From an uncultured Actinomycetota bacterium (GTDB taxonomy: Bacteria; Actinomycetota; Actinomycetes; Actinomycetales; Dermatophilaceae), in assembly GCA_963759595.1 (NCBI GenBank), contig CAVWZX010000004.1:28329-92328 (forward strand): a DNA stretch of 64,000 bases. Reading direction: 5' to 3'. The notes beneath the pieces are model-generated. The model saw only the letters and a program-made list of their open reading frames with translations. It was not told the origin of the DNA and did not search any database. Position numbers and translations under genes: made by a program. Shown here piece by piece: positions 21,762 to 33,086 of the stretch. Every line of letters begins with the position of its first letter. The stretch's first letter is position 1.

Positions 21762-22283
21762 ATGGATGCAGACCTGCGCCTGGACGGCAACACCACGACG
21801 GCCCAGGGGGACGTCTTCGCGACGACCGCGGCCGACGTCGTCATCGACTCGCCGGGACGGCGGTCCAACGGCGCCGGGCAGCGGCGGGCGATCGTTCACG
21901 ACTTCACCGACGGCATGACGCTCAACTGGGACTCGGACTACCCCGGCGGGGTGACGGTCGAGGGGTTCCGGCTGACCTGTCACCAGGCCGACGTCGTCCT
22001 CGACCACGCGCCGCGACGCAAGAGCTCCACGCCGTGGCGCCGGGCGCTGGTGCACGACTTCGACGACGGCCTGACCATCAACTGGGCGCACGACTACCCG
22101 GGCGGGGTGACCATCAACGGCCCGGTGAAGATCAACGGCGCCGTCACGGTCAACGGGACCATGAACGTCAAGAGCCCGTTCGGTCACCTCACGCTCGAGG
22201 ACACCTTGGCCCGTTACAGCGATCTCATCAAGGACCTCGACGCGAAGGTCAGGAAGCTCGAGACCAGGAAGCTCGAGGGCTGA
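21762..22283 (+). CDS. Hypothetical protein with two ~50-aa internal repeats and C-terminal coiled coil
   Basis: GGGGGA RBS; repeats [25 protein letters not shown] and [25 protein letters not shown]; typical GC-rich third codon positions. Confidence 0.8.
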   Translation: MDADLRLDGNTTTAQGDVFATTAADVVIDSPGRRSNGAGQRRAIVHDFTDGMTLNWDSDYPGGVTVEGFRLTCHQADVVLDHAPRRKSSTPWRRALVHDFDDGLTINWAHDYPGGVTINGPVKINGAVTVNGTMNVKSPFGHLTLEDTLARYSDLIKDLDAKVRKLETRKLEG

Positions 22284-22285
22284 CC

Positions 22286-22955
22286 GTGGCCAGCCTTCGC
22301 CAGCGCGCTGCCTGTATCGGCATCGCCACGTCGCCACTGTCGGTGCGGCGCGAACTTCATGGGGCAGCTGACCAACTCGGTCCCCGTATCGCTCAAGACC
22401 CAGCTGGACCGGCTCGGGAGCAAGTTCGTTCACGTCAACTGCATCCAGGTCGGGTCAGACCAGTTCACCTTCAACGACGCGGTCGAGATCGACCGAGCAG
22501 TCGCGAAGACCAGGGACCTGTATGCCGGCGCCGGCCGGGCCATGGGGGTCGGCCGGATCCAGCACTTCGTGATCTCGACCGGGGACTCCGCCGGGCGCGA
22601 CGTCATCAACTCCGACGGCGAGGCCGAGAGCCTCACCGACGAGTGGACCGTGCCCAACGACGCACTCGACCTGTTCCTCGTCCGGATGTACGTCGGCAGC
22701 ACCGCGGGCCTGTCCCGGGTCGACGGACCGTGCGACAAGGACGCCAAGGGGATGGACGGCAGCGTCGTCGAGATGAACGCCGGCGGCGGGGTCTCGGACT
22801 TCGCCACGGCACACGAGCTGGGCCACTACCTCGGCCTCAGCCACCGCACCAACTCCACGGCGCTGATGAACCCGACGATCCCCAACGGGGGCGTCATCAC
22901 CACGTCCGAGGCCGACAACATGCGGGACCACTGCCGCATGAAGAACCCCTGCTAG
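22286..22955 (+). CDS. Metzincin-type zinc metalloprotease (matrixin/M43-like), frameshift near 22355
   Basis: HELGHYLGLSH (HExxHxxGxxH) and Met-turn ALMNP; GTG 3 nt after previous stop. Confidence 0.8.
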
Positions 22956-22963
22956 GAGGCGAC

Positions 22964-24004
22964 ATGTCAGTTCTCATCGGGTCCCGCAAGGACCGCACCG
23001 TGTCGGGGGCCATCGCGGCCCTCGCCGGTGAACCCACCACACTCACGCCGGGGGCGGCGATCGCCATCCTGGCGGAGGCGGCCGCATCCGGTCCGGAGAA
23101 GGTGGCCGGCCGCAGGGCCACCACCGCACTGGCCAAGGTGGTCAGCGACCACGACGAACCGCAGGTGCGGGTCGCCGCGGCCAAGGGCCTCGGCCACGTC
23201 CGGTCCGACCTGTCGGTGCGCGCCCTGCGCAAGGTCGCGGACCAGGGCGCCGACGGCCAGCTGCTCGCCGCCGCGGCGGCCGGACTCACCAACCTGGGCG
23301 GCCGGACCGACGTCAAGCGCCTGCGGGGGGCGGCGGTCCGGGCCGACTGGCCACTCGCCGCGGCCCAGGCGGCGGCCTCCGCACGGCTGCTGGCCCACCG
23401 GGTCGGTGCGTCGCTCGACCCGGAGGACGCGACCCTGCGTCTCCCCGGCGAGGACGCACCCGTGCTGCCCGTGGGCGCGCGGCTCAAGACCAGGGTCAAG
23501 TCCGTCGAGCTGCCCGTGGCCCGCGCGAAGGCCACGGCGGACCTTCCGTGGGCTGCCCTGGTGCCGGACGGCGCGTCGGCCGTGGGTGCGTTCAGCTGCG
23601 GGGACCGCACCCACGTCGTGCTGGCCGGCAAGGAGGTGGAGGGCCTCGCGACGGCTCCGGGGATCGCCGCCACCTTGCTCGGCGTCAACGAGTCGATGGG
23701 CACGACCTTCGTGCGCTGGGTCGTGCTGACCCGCCCGGACCGGGACGGTCTCGCCGTCACGGTGGCGCGGCCCACAGGCGAGGTGGGCTTCGTCGGGCGC
23801 GGGAACGTCGTCGACGGGGTCCTCTCGGTCACGGTCGACGCGGTCGACCGTGCGGGGGCCACCGCGGTGCACGTCACCGCCTCACTGTCCGGCGGCAAGC
23901 TCGAGGTCGATGGTCGCAGCGAGAAGACCATCACCACGCCGCGCCGACAGCCGGTGCCGATCCCGCAGCAGTTCGACCCGTCCGGGCCGGTCCCGGTCGG
24001 CTGA
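22964..24004 (+). CDS. HEAT-repeat-like protein with beta-rich C-terminal domain
   Basis: AGGAGG RBS; DEPQVRVAAAKGLG and LLAAAAAGLTNLG helical repeats. Confidence 0.7.
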   Translation: MSVLIGSRKDRTVSGAIAALAGEPTTLTPGAAIAILAEAAASGPEKVAGRRATTALAKVVSDHDEPQVRVAAAKGLGHVRSDLSVRALRKVADQGADGQLLAAAAAGLTNLGGRTDVKRLRGAAVRADWPLAAAQAAASARLLAHRVGASLDPEDATLRLPGEDAPVLPVGARLKTRVKSVELPVARAKATADLPWAALVPDGASAVGAFSCGDRTHVVLAGKEVEGLATAPGIAATLLGVNESMGTTFVRWVVLTRPDRDGLAVTVARPTGEVGFVGRGNVVDGVLSVTVDAVDRAGATAVHVTASLSGGKLEVDGRSEKTITTPRRQPVPIPQQFDPSGPVPVG

Positions 24005-24012
24005 GGTCGATC

Positions 24013-24042
24013 TCCCGGGAGGCGGCCTGCCGCCTCCCGGGA
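24013..24042 (+). terminator. Hairpin closing the three-gene cassette
   Basis: TCCCGGGAGGCGGC-ct-GCCGCCTCCCGGGA. Confidence 0.7.
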
Positions 24043-24054
24043 AAGACTGGGGGT

Positions 24055-24621
24055 ATGCCGGCTGACACCGACCGCACCGACCTCACCCCCGGCGCCGCTC
24101 CCGGCACCCCCGGAGCCACGCCCGGACCGCATCCGGGGTCTCCGTCCGGAACGACGTCCGGATCGACGACCGAACGGGCACCGGTCTGGCCCGTGACCGC
24201 GCTCGCGGTGCTCCTGGGCTGGTGCCTGCTCGGCTGGACCGTCTTCGCCGGGCTGATCACCACGGCGCCCTTCTTCGGCGACACACCGTCGCGGGACCAG
24301 TACATCGAGTCCGGCCTGCTCGCCCTGACCGCCCTGCTGCCGATCGCCCTGCTCGTGACGTTGGCCGTCCTGGCCGGTTCGAGGTGGGGCCTGGCGCTGC
24401 TGGGGGTGCCCGCCCTCCTGCTGGTACCCCTCGGCGTCAGCATGCTCGCCCAGGAGGGCGACCCCTCGGACTCCCACGCCGGTCGCCCCGTCCGGTTAGA
24501 TGACGCCTTCCAAGACCTGACCCGGCCCAACTGGCTGTCAGCCGCGGTGCTCCTCGTGGCCCTGGGACTGGTCCTGTGGCGCCGGCGCCACAGGACCAGC
24601 ACGCGGGCCAGGACCGGGTAG
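24055..24621 (+). CDS. Hypothetical membrane protein (about 4 TM)
   Basis: Several hydrophobic segments; start is approximate. Confidence 0.65.
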   Translation: MPADTDRTDLTPGAAPGTPGATPGPHPGSPSGTTSGSTTERAPVWPVTALAVLLGWCLLGWTVFAGLITTAPFFGDTPSRDQYIESGLLALTALLPIALLVTLAVLAGSRWGLALLGVPALLLVPLGVSMLAQEGDPSDSHAGRPVRLDDAFQDLTRPNWLSAAVLLVALGLVLWRRRHRTSTRARTG

Positions 24622-24649
24622 GCACCCGACGCGACGTAGGGTTGCCCAC

Positions 24650-25450
24650 GTGGCTGAGACACCGCTCGACACCGCCCGCATCTGGGTGGAGTTTCCCGAT
24701 CCCGCCGACTCGGGGCAGCGGTTCCGCTGCGACCTGACCTGGCTCACCTCGAGCTGGACCTGCATCTTCGGCAGCGGCTGCCAGGGCATCTACGCCGACC
24801 GGCCCGACGACGGGTGCTGCACGCTCGGCGCCCACTTCACCGACGACGACGACATCAAGCGGGTCAAGAAGGCCGTCAAGGAGCTCGGGCCGGACGAGTG
24901 GCAGATGCACCCGGGCTCGACCAAGGTCTCCGCCTGGACCGAGAAGGAGGACGACGACCTCAAGACCAAGGTCGTCGAGGGCGCGTGCATCTTCCTCAAC
25001 CGGCCCGGCTTCCCCGCGGGCGCCGGGTGCGCCCTGCACCAGCACGCCGTCCTCACCGGCAAGCAGCCGCACACGGTCAAGCCGGATGTCTGCTGGCAGC
25101 TGCCGATCCGCCGCACCTACCGCAAGGTCGAGCTGCCCGACGGGTCGAGCTGGCAGGAGGTCTCCATCACCGAGTACGACCGCCGCGGCTGGGGCCCCGG
25201 CGGCCACGACCTCGACTGGTACTGCTCCAGCAACCCCGAGGCCCACGTGGGTCGCGAGCCGGTCTTCCGCAGCAACCGTGGAGAGCTGGTCGAGCTGATG
25301 GGCGAGGGAGCCTACGCCGAGCTGGAGATCCGCTGCGAGGCCCACCTCGCGAGCGTCAAGGCGGCCCGAAACGCCTACTCACGCAAGATGTTGCCGCTGC
25401 TGGTCCACCCGGCCACGTTGGCTGCGCAGGCGGCCCGCAAGGGCCGATGA
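24650..25450 (+). CDS. Conserved Cys-rich actinobacterial protein (Rv0495c-like)
   Basis: [38 protein letters not shown]. Confidence 0.8.
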   Translation: MAETPLDTARIWVEFPDPADSGQRFRCDLTWLTSSWTCIFGSGCQGIYADRPDDGCCTLGAHFTDDDDIKRVKKAVKELGPDEWQMHPGSTKVSAWTEKEDDDLKTKVVEGACIFLNRPGFPAGAGCALHQHAVLTGKQPHTVKPDVCWQLPIRRTYRKVELPDGSSWQEVSITEYDRRGWGPGGHDLDWYCSSNPEAHVGREPVFRSNRGELVELMGEGAYAELEIRCEAHLASVKAARNAYSRKMLPLLVHPATLAAQAARKGR

Positions 25451-26154
25451 GCACCGGTCCGGGTCGGCCGGAGCCGACCCGCAGCCCCAACATCTGGGAC
25501 TCCCCCGACGTCTACGAGGTCGAGAACCTCGGCGTCGACCGCGCGGGGCGGATCGAGGCCGCGATGGCCGCCCTGCACCCCTTCGACGGCGCAGACCTGG
25601 TGGACGTCGGTTGCGGCACCGGGTTCCACCTGCCCCGGTTCGACTCCCTCGGCTGCGCCAGCGTCGTCGGCGTGGAACCGCACCCACCACTGGTCTCCCT
25701 TGCGCAGCAACGCGTCGCGGGTATGCCGCGGGTGCGGGTCCTCGAGGGAGCCGCCCAGTCCCTGCCGCTGCCGGACGACTCCGTGGACATCGCCCAGGCC
25801 CGGTGGGCCTACTTCTTCGGCGCCGGGTGCGAACCGGGGCTGCGCGAGCTGGACCGGGTCATGCGGCCCGGCGGCACGGCATACGTCATCGACAACGACG
25901 CGACGCGCTCGACGTTCGGCGGGTGGTTCCGCCGCGCGTACCCCACCTACGATCCCCGTGCGGTGGAACGGTTCTGGGCGCGCCAGGGCTGGCAGCGAGA
26001 GCGGCTGACGATCGACTGGACGTTCGACTCCCGGGAGGACCTCGAGTCGGTGGTGCGGATCGAGTTCCCCGAGACCGCCGCCGACGGCATCCTCGCGGAG
26101 CACGAGGGGACGGGCGTCGACTACGCCGTCAGCCTCTGGTGGCGCCACTACTGA
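25447..26154 (+). CDS. Class I SAM-dependent methyltransferase
   Basis: [24 protein letters not shown]. Confidence 0.88.
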   Translation: MSTGPGRPEPTRSPNIWDSPDVYEVENLGVDRAGRIEAAMAALHPFDGADLVDVGCGTGFHLPRFDSLGCASVVGVEPHPPLVSLAQQRVAGMPRVRVLEGAAQSLPLPDDSVDIAQARWAYFFGAGCEPGLRELDRVMRPGGTAYVIDNDATRSTFGGWFRRAYPTYDPRAVERFWARQGWQRERLTIDWTFDSREDLESVVRIEFPETAADGILAEHEGTGVDYAVSLWWRHY

Positions 26155-26188
26155 GGCGGTCCCTCGTGACGGAGAGCCTCGCCGGTCG

Positions 26189-26210
26189 TGTCGGTGGCCC
26201 GACGTAGGTT
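26189..26210 (+). promoter_or_regulatory. PafBC-dependent (RecA-NDp) DNA-damage promoter of radA, probably leaderless
   Basis: TGTCGGTG-N8-TAGGTT matches TGTCRgtg-N8-TAnnnT; ATG 7 nt downstream. Confidence 0.8.
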
Positions 26211-26217
26211 GTCGTCC

Positions 26218-27603
26218 ATGGCAGCGAAGACGTCGACCAGGTCGAGCGGGTTCCGCTGCTCGGAGTGCGGCTGGACCACGGCGAAGTGGGTCGGCCGGTG
26301 TGGCGAGTGCCAGTCGTGGGGCAGCGTGGCCGAGATCGGCGCCGTCACCGTCCGCACCACGGCAGCGACCAAGGTCGAGCGGCCGGCGATTCCCATCGGC
26401 CAGGTCGACGCCCGGCGTGCCGAGGCCGTGAGCACCGGGGTCGGCGAGTTCGACCGGGTCCTCGGCGGTGGGCTCGTGCCCGGTGCGGTGGTGCTGGTCG
26501 CCGGCGAGCCCGGGATCGGCAAGTCCACCCTGCTGCTCGACGTGGCCGCCCGCGCCGCCCGGTCCGGCGACGGTCGCACCGTCCTCTACGTCACCGGCGA
26601 GGAGTCGGCCGCCCAGGTCCGGATGCGCGCCGAGCGGATCGAGGCGATGGCCGCGACCCTGTTCCTCGCCGCCGAGACCGACCTCGCGACGGTGCTCGGG
26701 CAGATCGACGCGGTGCAGCCCGACCTGGTCATCGTCGACTCGGTGCAGACCATCTCCAGCGGCGACGTGGAGGGTTCCGCGGGCAACGTCAGCCAGGTGC
26801 GTGAGGTTGCGGCGTCGCTCATCCAGGTGGCCAAGGCGCGGGGCATCGCAACGCTCCTGGTCGGCCACGTGACCAAGGACGGGTCGATCGCCGGCCCACG
26901 GGTCCTCGAGCACCTCGTCGACGTCGTCGTGCAGTTCGAGGGTGACCGGCACTCGCGACTGCGGCTCGTCCGGGCGGTCAAGAACCGCTACGGCCCCACC
27001 GACGAGGTCGGGTGCTTCGACCTGTCCGACATCGGGATCGTCGGGTTGCCCGACCCCAGCGGGCTGTTCCTGTCGCGGGGCACCCTCAGCGTCCCCGGCA
27101 CGTGCGTCACCGTCACCCTCGAGGGTCGTCGGCCGCTCATGACGGAGGTGCAGGCGCTGGTTGCCAAGAGCGAGATCCCCACGCCACGACGCGCCACGAG
27201 CGGCCTCGACTCGGCCCGGGTCGCGATGATCATCGCCGTGCTCGCCAAGCGCGCCCAGGCGCCCATCGGCAACGCCGACGTCTACCTCTCCACGGTGGGT
27301 GGGGTCCGGCTGACCGAGCCGGCCTCGGACCTGGCCATCGCCCTCGCGGTGGCCAGTGCGGTGAAGGACCAGCCCCTGCCCGACCACGCCATCGCGTTCG
27401 GCGAGCTGGGGCTGGCCGGCGAGATCCGTCCGGTGACCGGCATACCCCGCCGCCTCGCGGAGGCCGGACGGCTCGGTTTCCGCACCGCCTACGTCCCCTC
27501 CGGAGTTCTCGGCACGGCCCCCACCCCCGAGGGCATGCAGGTCGTCGAGTGTGACGACATCCGCACCGCGGTGCGCGCCGCACTGCAGCCCGTGCACAGT
27601 TAG
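26218..27603 (+). CDS. radA: DNA repair protein RadA/Sms
   Basis: CSECG..CGEC zinc finger, GEPGIGKST, KNRYG. Confidence 0.96.
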   Translation: MAAKTSTRSSGFRCSECGWTTAKWVGRCGECQSWGSVAEIGAVTVRTTAATKVERPAIPIGQVDARRAEAVSTGVGEFDRVLGGGLVPGAVVLVAGEPGIGKSTLLLDVAARAARSGDGRTVLYVTGEESAAQVRMRAERIEAMAATLFLAAETDLATVLGQIDAVQPDLVIVDSVQTISSGDVEGSAGNVSQVREVAASLIQVAKARGIATLLVGHVTKDGSIAGPRVLEHLVDVVVQFEGDRHSRLRLVRAVKNRYGPTDEVGCFDLSDIGIVGLPDPSGLFLSRGTLSVPGTCVTVTLEGRRPLMTEVQALVAKSEIPTPRRATSGLDSARVAMIIAVLAKRAQAPIGNADVYLSTVGGVRLTEPASDLAIALAVASAVKDQPLPDHAIAFGELGLAGEIRPVTGIPRRLAEAGRLGFRTAYVPSGVLGTAPTPEGMQVVECDDIRTAVRAALQPVHS

Positions 27604-27646
27604 ACTCGCGCCAGACCGAGCCGGCGGCACCAGAGGGGTTTGACCA

Positions 27647-28723
27647 GTGGATCTTCGCGAGGACGACGCGCTGCGCGCGACCCTCGCCGCCGTGGCACCC
27701 GGCACCGAGCTGCGCGACGGCTTGGAGCGCATCCTGCGGGGCCGCACGGGGGCGCTCATCGTGCTCGGACACGACCGCACCGTGGAGCAGCTCTCCACCG
27801 GCGGCTTCCCGCTGGACGTCGAGTTCTCCGCCACCCGGCTGCGTGAGCTGGCCAAGATGGACGGCGGCATCGTGCTCGACCGGGAGGCCTCGCGCATCCT
27901 GCGAGCCGCCACCCAGCTGGTGCCCGACCCCTCCATCGAGACGAGCGAGTCGGGCACCCGGCACCGCACGGCCGAGCGCGTGGCGAAGCAGACCGGCTAC
28001 CCCGTCATCTCGGTGAGCCAGTCGATGCGGATCGTGGCCATCTACGTCGACGGCGGCCGGCACGTCCTCGAGGACTCCAGCGCCATCCTGTCGCGCGCCA
28101 ACCAGGCCCTGCAGACCCTCGAGCGCTACAAGGCCCGCCTCGACGAGGTCACCGGCACCCTCTCGGCCCTCGAGATCGAGGACCTCGTCACCGTGCGTGA
28201 CGTGGCCAGCGTGCTGCAGCGCCTCGAGATGGTTCGCCGGATCCGCGACGAGATCTCCGGCTACGTCGTCGAGCTGGGTGTCGACGGCCGCTTGCTCACC
28301 CTCCAGCTCGAGGAGCTCACCGGCGGTCTCGGCAACGACCGCGAGCTCGTCATCCGCGACTACCTGCCGGTCACCAAGGCCCCGCTCACCCTCGAGGAGG
28401 CGATGGCTGCCCTCGAGGAGCTGACCTCCACCGAGCTGCTCGACCTGTCCGCCGGGGCCAGGGCGGTCGGGTTCGCGGTCGGCGGCGACGCCCTCGACTC
28501 GGCCGTGAGCCCGTGCGGATACCGGCTGCTCAGCAAGGTGCCCCGCCTGCCCGGAGCCATCGTCGACCGGCTGGTCGAGCACTTCGGGAGCCTCCAGAAG
28601 CTCCTGGCCGCCAACCTCGAGGAGCTCATGGACGTGGACGGTGTCGGGGAGGGCCGCGCGCGCGCCGTCCGCGAGGGCCTGTCCCGCCTGGCCGAGTCGA
28701 GCATCCTCGAACGCTACGTGTGA
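27647..28723 (+). CDS. disA: DNA integrity scanning diadenylate cyclase DisA
   Basis: [19 protein letters not shown]-terminal HhH; follows radA. Confidence 0.95.
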   Translation: MDLREDDALRATLAAVAPGTELRDGLERILRGRTGALIVLGHDRTVEQLSTGGFPLDVEFSATRLRELAKMDGGIVLDREASRILRAATQLVPDPSIETSESGTRHRTAERVAKQTGYPVISVSQSMRIVAIYVDGGRHVLEDSSAILSRANQALQTLERYKARLDEVTGTLSALEIEDLVTVRDVASVLQRLEMVRRIRDEISGYVVELGVDGRLLTLQLEELTGGLGNDRELVIRDYLPVTKAPLTLEEAMAALEELTSTELLDLSAGARAVGFAVGGDALDSAVSPCGYRLLSKVPRLPGAIVDRLVEHFGSLQKLLAANLEELMDVDGVGEGRARAVREGLSRLAESSILERYV

Positions 28724-29622
28724 GCACCCGCGCCGCTCCCGGAACACTGCACCAGCGCGTGCTGGAGTGGTATGCAGCATCGGCGCGCGACCTGCCCTGG
28801 CGGCGACCGGACGCCACCGCATGGGGGATCCTCGTCTCCGAGGTCATGCTGCAGCAGACCCCCGTCGTCCGGGTCGAGCCGGTCTGGCGCGAGTGGCTCG
28901 CGCGGTGGCCCTCCCCCGCCGACCTGGCCGCCGCGGCGCCCGGAGACGCTGTCCGGGCCTGGGGACGCCTCGGCTACCCGCGGCGGGCCTTGAGGCTGCA
29001 CTCAGCCGCGGTCGCGATCACCGAGCGGCACGGTGGCGCAGTGCCGTCGACAGAGGCCGAGCTCCTCACGCTGCCCGGCGTCGGCACCTACACCGCTGCC
29101 GCCGTCGCCACCTTCGCCTTCGGCGAACGGACCACGGTGGTCGACACCAACGTGCGTCGAGTGCTCGCGCGCGTGGTGTCCGGCCAGGAGCATGCCGCAC
29201 CGTCACCGACGCGCGCCGAGCTCACCGCCGCGGCCGGGCTGGTGCCGGCGGACCCGTCCGACGCCCGCACCTGGAGCGTGGCCGTCATGGAGCTGGGCGC
29301 CCTGGTCTGCAGCGCCCGCTCACCACGGTGCTCCGACTGCCCTGTGGCCGACCTGTGCGCCTGGCAGCTGGCCGGCCGCCCGGCATACCAGGGCCCGGCC
29401 CGCAAGGGACAGGCATGGGAAGGCACCGACCGGCAGCTGCGGGGTGCCCTGCTCGCGGTGCTGCGCGCGAGCGAGGAACCAGTGCCGCGGGCCGACCTGG
29501 AGGCGTTGTCCGACAACGAGATCCAGCGCGAACGTTGTCTCGACTCACTGGTCGCTGACGGGCTGGTCGAACCCCTCGCCCGTGGTCGCTTCCGCCTCCC
29601 CGCAGCGCGCGAGGCGAGCTGA
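28720..29622 (+). CDS. mutY: A/G-specific adenine glycosylase
   Basis: [30 protein letters not shown], 4Fe-4S Cys cluster. Confidence 0.93.
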   Translation: MSTRAAPGTLHQRVLEWYAASARDLPWRRPDATAWGILVSEVMLQQTPVVRVEPVWREWLARWPSPADLAAAAPGDAVRAWGRLGYPRRALRLHSAAVAITERHGGAVPSTEAELLTLPGVGTYTAAAVATFAFGERTTVVDTNVRRVLARVVSGQEHAAPSPTRAELTAAAGLVPADPSDARTWSVAVMELGALVCSARSPRCSDCPVADLCAWQLAGRPAYQGPARKGQAWEGTDRQLRGALLAVLRASEEPVPRADLEALSDNEIQRERCLDSLVADGLVEPLARGRFRLPAAREAS

Positions 29623-29623
29623 G

Positions 29624-31138
29624 ATGTCGGTGCCCCCGAGCGACCAGCACGGCCGGATCGCCGGCGAGTCGCCCGAGGACGCCCGCGACCGCGCGGACGA
29701 CGGCGAGACACCTCCTGAGCGGGCCCCGAGCGCTTCCGGCACCGGGAAGCGCGCCGCCCACGCGTTCCGGGTCGGTGCAGCGCGCACCGGCCGGGTCGTC
29801 GGCCGCGGCACCATGGCCGGCGCCAGGCTGGCCGGCCGCGGGAGCAAGGCCGGCGCGCGCCGGGCCCGTGCCTACACGCACTCGGCCGGAGCCGGCGAGA
29901 GCGGCCTGGCGCGACTGGTCGAGCTGCACTTCGTCAACCTCATGGGCGACGCGGCCCTGACCGTCTCCCTGGCCGGCACCATCTTCGCGATCCCGACCGA
30001 CGAGGCACGCGGTCAGGTGGCCCAGTTCCTCGCCCTCACGATGGCGCCGTTCGCCCTGCTGGCCCCGTTCATCGGCCCGCTCCTGGACCGGTTCCGCCAT
30101 GGCCGCCGGTGGGCCATCGGCACCACCCTCGCACTGCGCGCCTTCCTGTGCTGGGTGCTCGCCGGGGCAGTGGCCAACGACTCACCGTGGCTCTTCCCCG
30201 CAGCCCTCGGCTGCCTCGTCGCCTCCAAGGCCTACGGCGTCACCCGGGCCTCCGCAGTGCCGCGGCTGCTGCCACCGGGCTTCAGCCTCGTCAACGCCAA
30301 CTCGCGCAACGCCCTCGCGGGCGTGGCCGGCATGGCGGTGGGTGGCGGGCTGGCCGGAGCCGCGGCCCGCATCGGACCCGACTGGTCCCTGCGCCTGGCC
30401 TTCGTCATCTATGTCGTCGGCACCGTCCTGGCCATCCGACTGCCGTCGCGGGTGGACTCGAGCATCGGCGAGCAGGACATCGAGGACACCGGACCGCTGC
30501 CGTCCCCCGGGCGCGAGGGTCGCAGCAGCCTCGGGCTCTTCCAGCGGCTGCGCGCCCGGGTCGCGGCCCTGCCGGTCACGGTGCTGACCGCCCTCTGCAG
30601 TGCCATCGGAGCCCGGCTGCTCACCGGGTTCCTCACCCTGTTCATGGCCTTCCTCATGCGTGAGCACCCGCTTCCCGGGCACAGCGGCACCTTCGTCCTG
30701 GCGCTCGTCGTCGGCGCCGCCGGCGCGGGCAACGCCCTCGGCACGGTCGTGGGCAACGCCCTGCGCCGACTACGACCCGACCTCATCATCGCCGTCGCGC
30801 TCATCGCCGATGTCGCCGCCGCTCTCGTGGCCGCGGTGTTCTACTCGCTCACCACCCTGCTCGTCCTCGGGCTCCTCGCCGGCCTCGGGGCCCAGCTCAT
30901 CAAGCTGAGCAGCGACGCCGTGGTCCAGCGCGACATCGAGGAGTCGGTGCGCACCCGGGTGTTCGCCTGGTCCGAGACGGTGCTGCAGATCGCCTGGGTG
31001 ATCGGGGGTGGGATCGGTCTCGCGCTCCCCCTCATCCCGCGGCTCGGGTTCGGGGTGATCTCCGCGCTGCTGCTGCTCGTGCTGGCCGCCTCGGTCCGGA
31101 TCAGGATGAGCCGACACCGCAGGGTCCAGCCAGGCTGA
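29624..31138 (+). CDS. MFS transporter
   Basis: Multiple TM helices; GPLLDRFRHGRR loop motif. Confidence 0.85.
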   Translation: MSVPPSDQHGRIAGESPEDARDRADDGETPPERAPSASGTGKRAAHAFRVGAARTGRVVGRGTMAGARLAGRGSKAGARRARAYTHSAGAGESGLARLVELHFVNLMGDAALTVSLAGTIFAIPTDEARGQVAQFLALTMAPFALLAPFIGPLLDRFRHGRRWAIGTTLALRAFLCWVLAGAVANDSPWLFPAALGCLVASKAYGVTRASAVPRLLPPGFSLVNANSRNALAGVAGMAVGGGLAGAAARIGPDWSLRLAFVIYVVGTVLAIRLPSRVDSSIGEQDIEDTGPLPSPGREGRSSLGLFQRLRARVAALPVTVLTALCSAIGARLLTGFLTLFMAFLMREHPLPGHSGTFVLALVVGAAGAGNALGTVVGNALRRLRPDLIIAVALIADVAAALVAAVFYSLTTLLVLGLLAGLGAQLIKLSSDAVVQRDIEESVRTRVFAWSETVLQIAWVIGGGIGLALPLIPRLGFGVISALLLLVLAASVRIRMSRHRRVQPG

Positions 31139-31165
31139 CCTCGAGCGACCGTCGCCGGCGTCGGC

Positions 31166-31232
31166 GCGGTGGCCCGGCGGTGACCCGGCGGTGGCCCGGC
31201 GGTGGCCCGGCAGTGGCCCGGCAGTGGCCGGG
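31166..31232. repeat. 11-bp tandem repeat, about 6 copies
   Basis: Unit CGGTGGCCCGG with variants CGGTGACCCGG and CAGTGGCCCGG, intergenic between convergent genes. Confidence 0.85.
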
Positions 31233-31233
31233 A

Positions 31234-31725
31234 TCAGAGGGTGCGCAACATCCTGGTGTTGCCCAAGGTGTTCGGCTTGACGCGCTCGAGGTCGAGGAAC
31301 TCGGCCACACCCTCGTCGTAGGACCGCACCAGCTCGGCGTAGACGTCGGGCTCGACCGCCTGCCCCTCGATCACCTCGAACCCGTGCCGGGTGAAGAAAC
31401 CCACCTCGAAGGTGAGGCAGAACAACCGCTGCACCCCGAGGTCGCGGGCGTCGGTCATCAGGGTCTCCAGCAGCAGCGACCCCACGCCGTGACCCTTGGC
31501 CTCGGGACGGACGGCGAGCGTGCGGATCTCGGCGAGGTCCTCCCACATGACGTGCAGTGCGCCGCAGCCCATGACGACGCCATCGACCTCGGCGACCCGG
31601 AACTGCTGGAGCGCCTCGTAGTAGGTGACGGCGTCCTTGGAAACCAGCACCCGGGAGTCGGCATGGGGGCGGACGATCTCACGGATCGTGCGGATGTCGC
31701 TGGTGCGGGCTGCCCGCACCGTCAC
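31234..31725 (-). CDS. argA: Amino-acid N-acetyltransferase (short ArgA type)
   Basis: GCGALHVMWEDLAEIRTLAV, LFCLTFEV, KPNTLGNTRM. Confidence 0.8.
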   Translation of the reverse strand: MTVRAARTSDIRTIREIVRPHADSRVLVSKDAVTYYEALQQFRVAEVDGVVMGCGALHVMWEDLAEIRTLAVRPEAKGHGVGSLLLETLMTDARDLGVQRLFCLTFEVGFFTRHGFEVIEGQAVEPDVYAELVRSYDEGVAEFLDLERVKPNTLGNTRMLRTL

Positions 31726-31758
31726 CCGCCCCGGCCTGCGAGGCCGACGCAGGCCGGG

Positions 31759-32930
31759 TCAGGCACCGAGGCGGCCGTTCTTCATGTCCGAGAAGATCTT
31801 CCTTGCGCCCGACCCGAGCAGGACGACGGACTGCCCGGACCGGGTGCCGATCGACCCCGGGACTACCTTGTTGGCCACCTTGGCCGTGTTGGAGAGGTAG
31901 AGGCTGGCCGAGAGGTTGAGCACCTCCGCCACCGACAGGTCGGTGCTCAGGTGCGGCCCCATCTTGGACAGGCAGCCCGGCCAGGGCCCCCGGCCCCGCC
32001 TTCTGCGCCATGACCATGCCGGCGCGGATGATCGCACCCTGGTTGGCCGAGCGCCCGAAGTCGCCGTTGGACAGGTGCTTGCGCTCCCGCGCGAGAGCCA
32101 GCGCGTGCTTCGCGTCGAGCTTGTTCGTGCCCGGCTTGACGATCCGGAACCCGTCCACGCTCTGCAGGGACTTCGCGGCCACGAACACGATCCCCCCAGG
32201 CTCGTGACCATCGCGCGGAAACCCTTGAAGCCGGTGATGACGTAACCGTCGATCGGGATCCCGGCGGCCCTGGACACGGTCTTGACCATGTCCGTTGACT
32301 CCACCGAAGACCAGGGCGGCATTGATCTTGCTGCTGCCACCCGACGACAGCGACACCCACGAGTCCCGTGGGATGCCGACGATGCCGCCGACACCCTTCG
32401 TGGCGTCGACGCCGATGATGTGCAGGGCGTCCGCGCGGCACTTGGTCACCGGCTGGTGGGCTTCGGGCGTCGGAGCCGATGGCCAGGATGCGCATCGTGG
32501 GGAAGGCCGGGCGGGCCACCCTGAGGGACGGCCACCAGCCACCGACCACGGACCACGTCTTGCCCTTGACCAGGAGGGTGACGTCCTTGCCCTGGACGAC
32601 CGTGGCGATCGGGGACCCCTTCCATGTACCCGTCGTACCGCTGACCTTCACCGGGGTCCTGAGCGGCGTACGCTTCCCCAGCGCGGGTCCCACCGGCCCG
32701 GTCGCGGCGACGTTGCCACCCAGGTAGAGGGCGCTCATCACGCCAAGCAGGTCAGCGGGCAGCCCGGCTCCGGTCACCTTGGGCGCCGTGGCGGTCGCGG
32801 TCGTCGCGGGGCTGGACGATGCACTGCTGGCGGACGGCTTGGGCTTGTCGCCGGAGCAGGCTGCGACGGTCAGGGGGGCGGCGAGCAGCCCCCACAGGAG
32901 AGTGCGGCGCGGCATACGGGAATCAGACAC
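31759..32930 (-). CDS. LytR/CpsA/Psr (LCP) family lipoprotein, several frameshifts
   Basis: Lipobox VAAC; ILAIGSD, RADAL, GIPRDSWV, KINAA, ARERK, GDFGRSANQ across frames. Confidence 0.8.
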
Positions 32931-33086
32931 GCGCCCAAGGGTAGGCCGGGGCGTGGCGGAAGGGCGAAGTGGCTGGTCACCGGCGCGCCGGGCACGTTTC
33001 CCTGCCGTCGCGCGGCGCCGGCGGCCGAGACGGACGAGTCCCTCCGCGCTCGGGCACCGGCCCTGGGGCGCCGAGGCAACGCATGA

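Noticed and set aside
20888-24004. Single 1038-aa ORF
   Set aside because: Only the part from ATG 22964 (with AGGAGG) and a short stretch from 22286 are protein-like; the rest overlaps ppx and two other genes.
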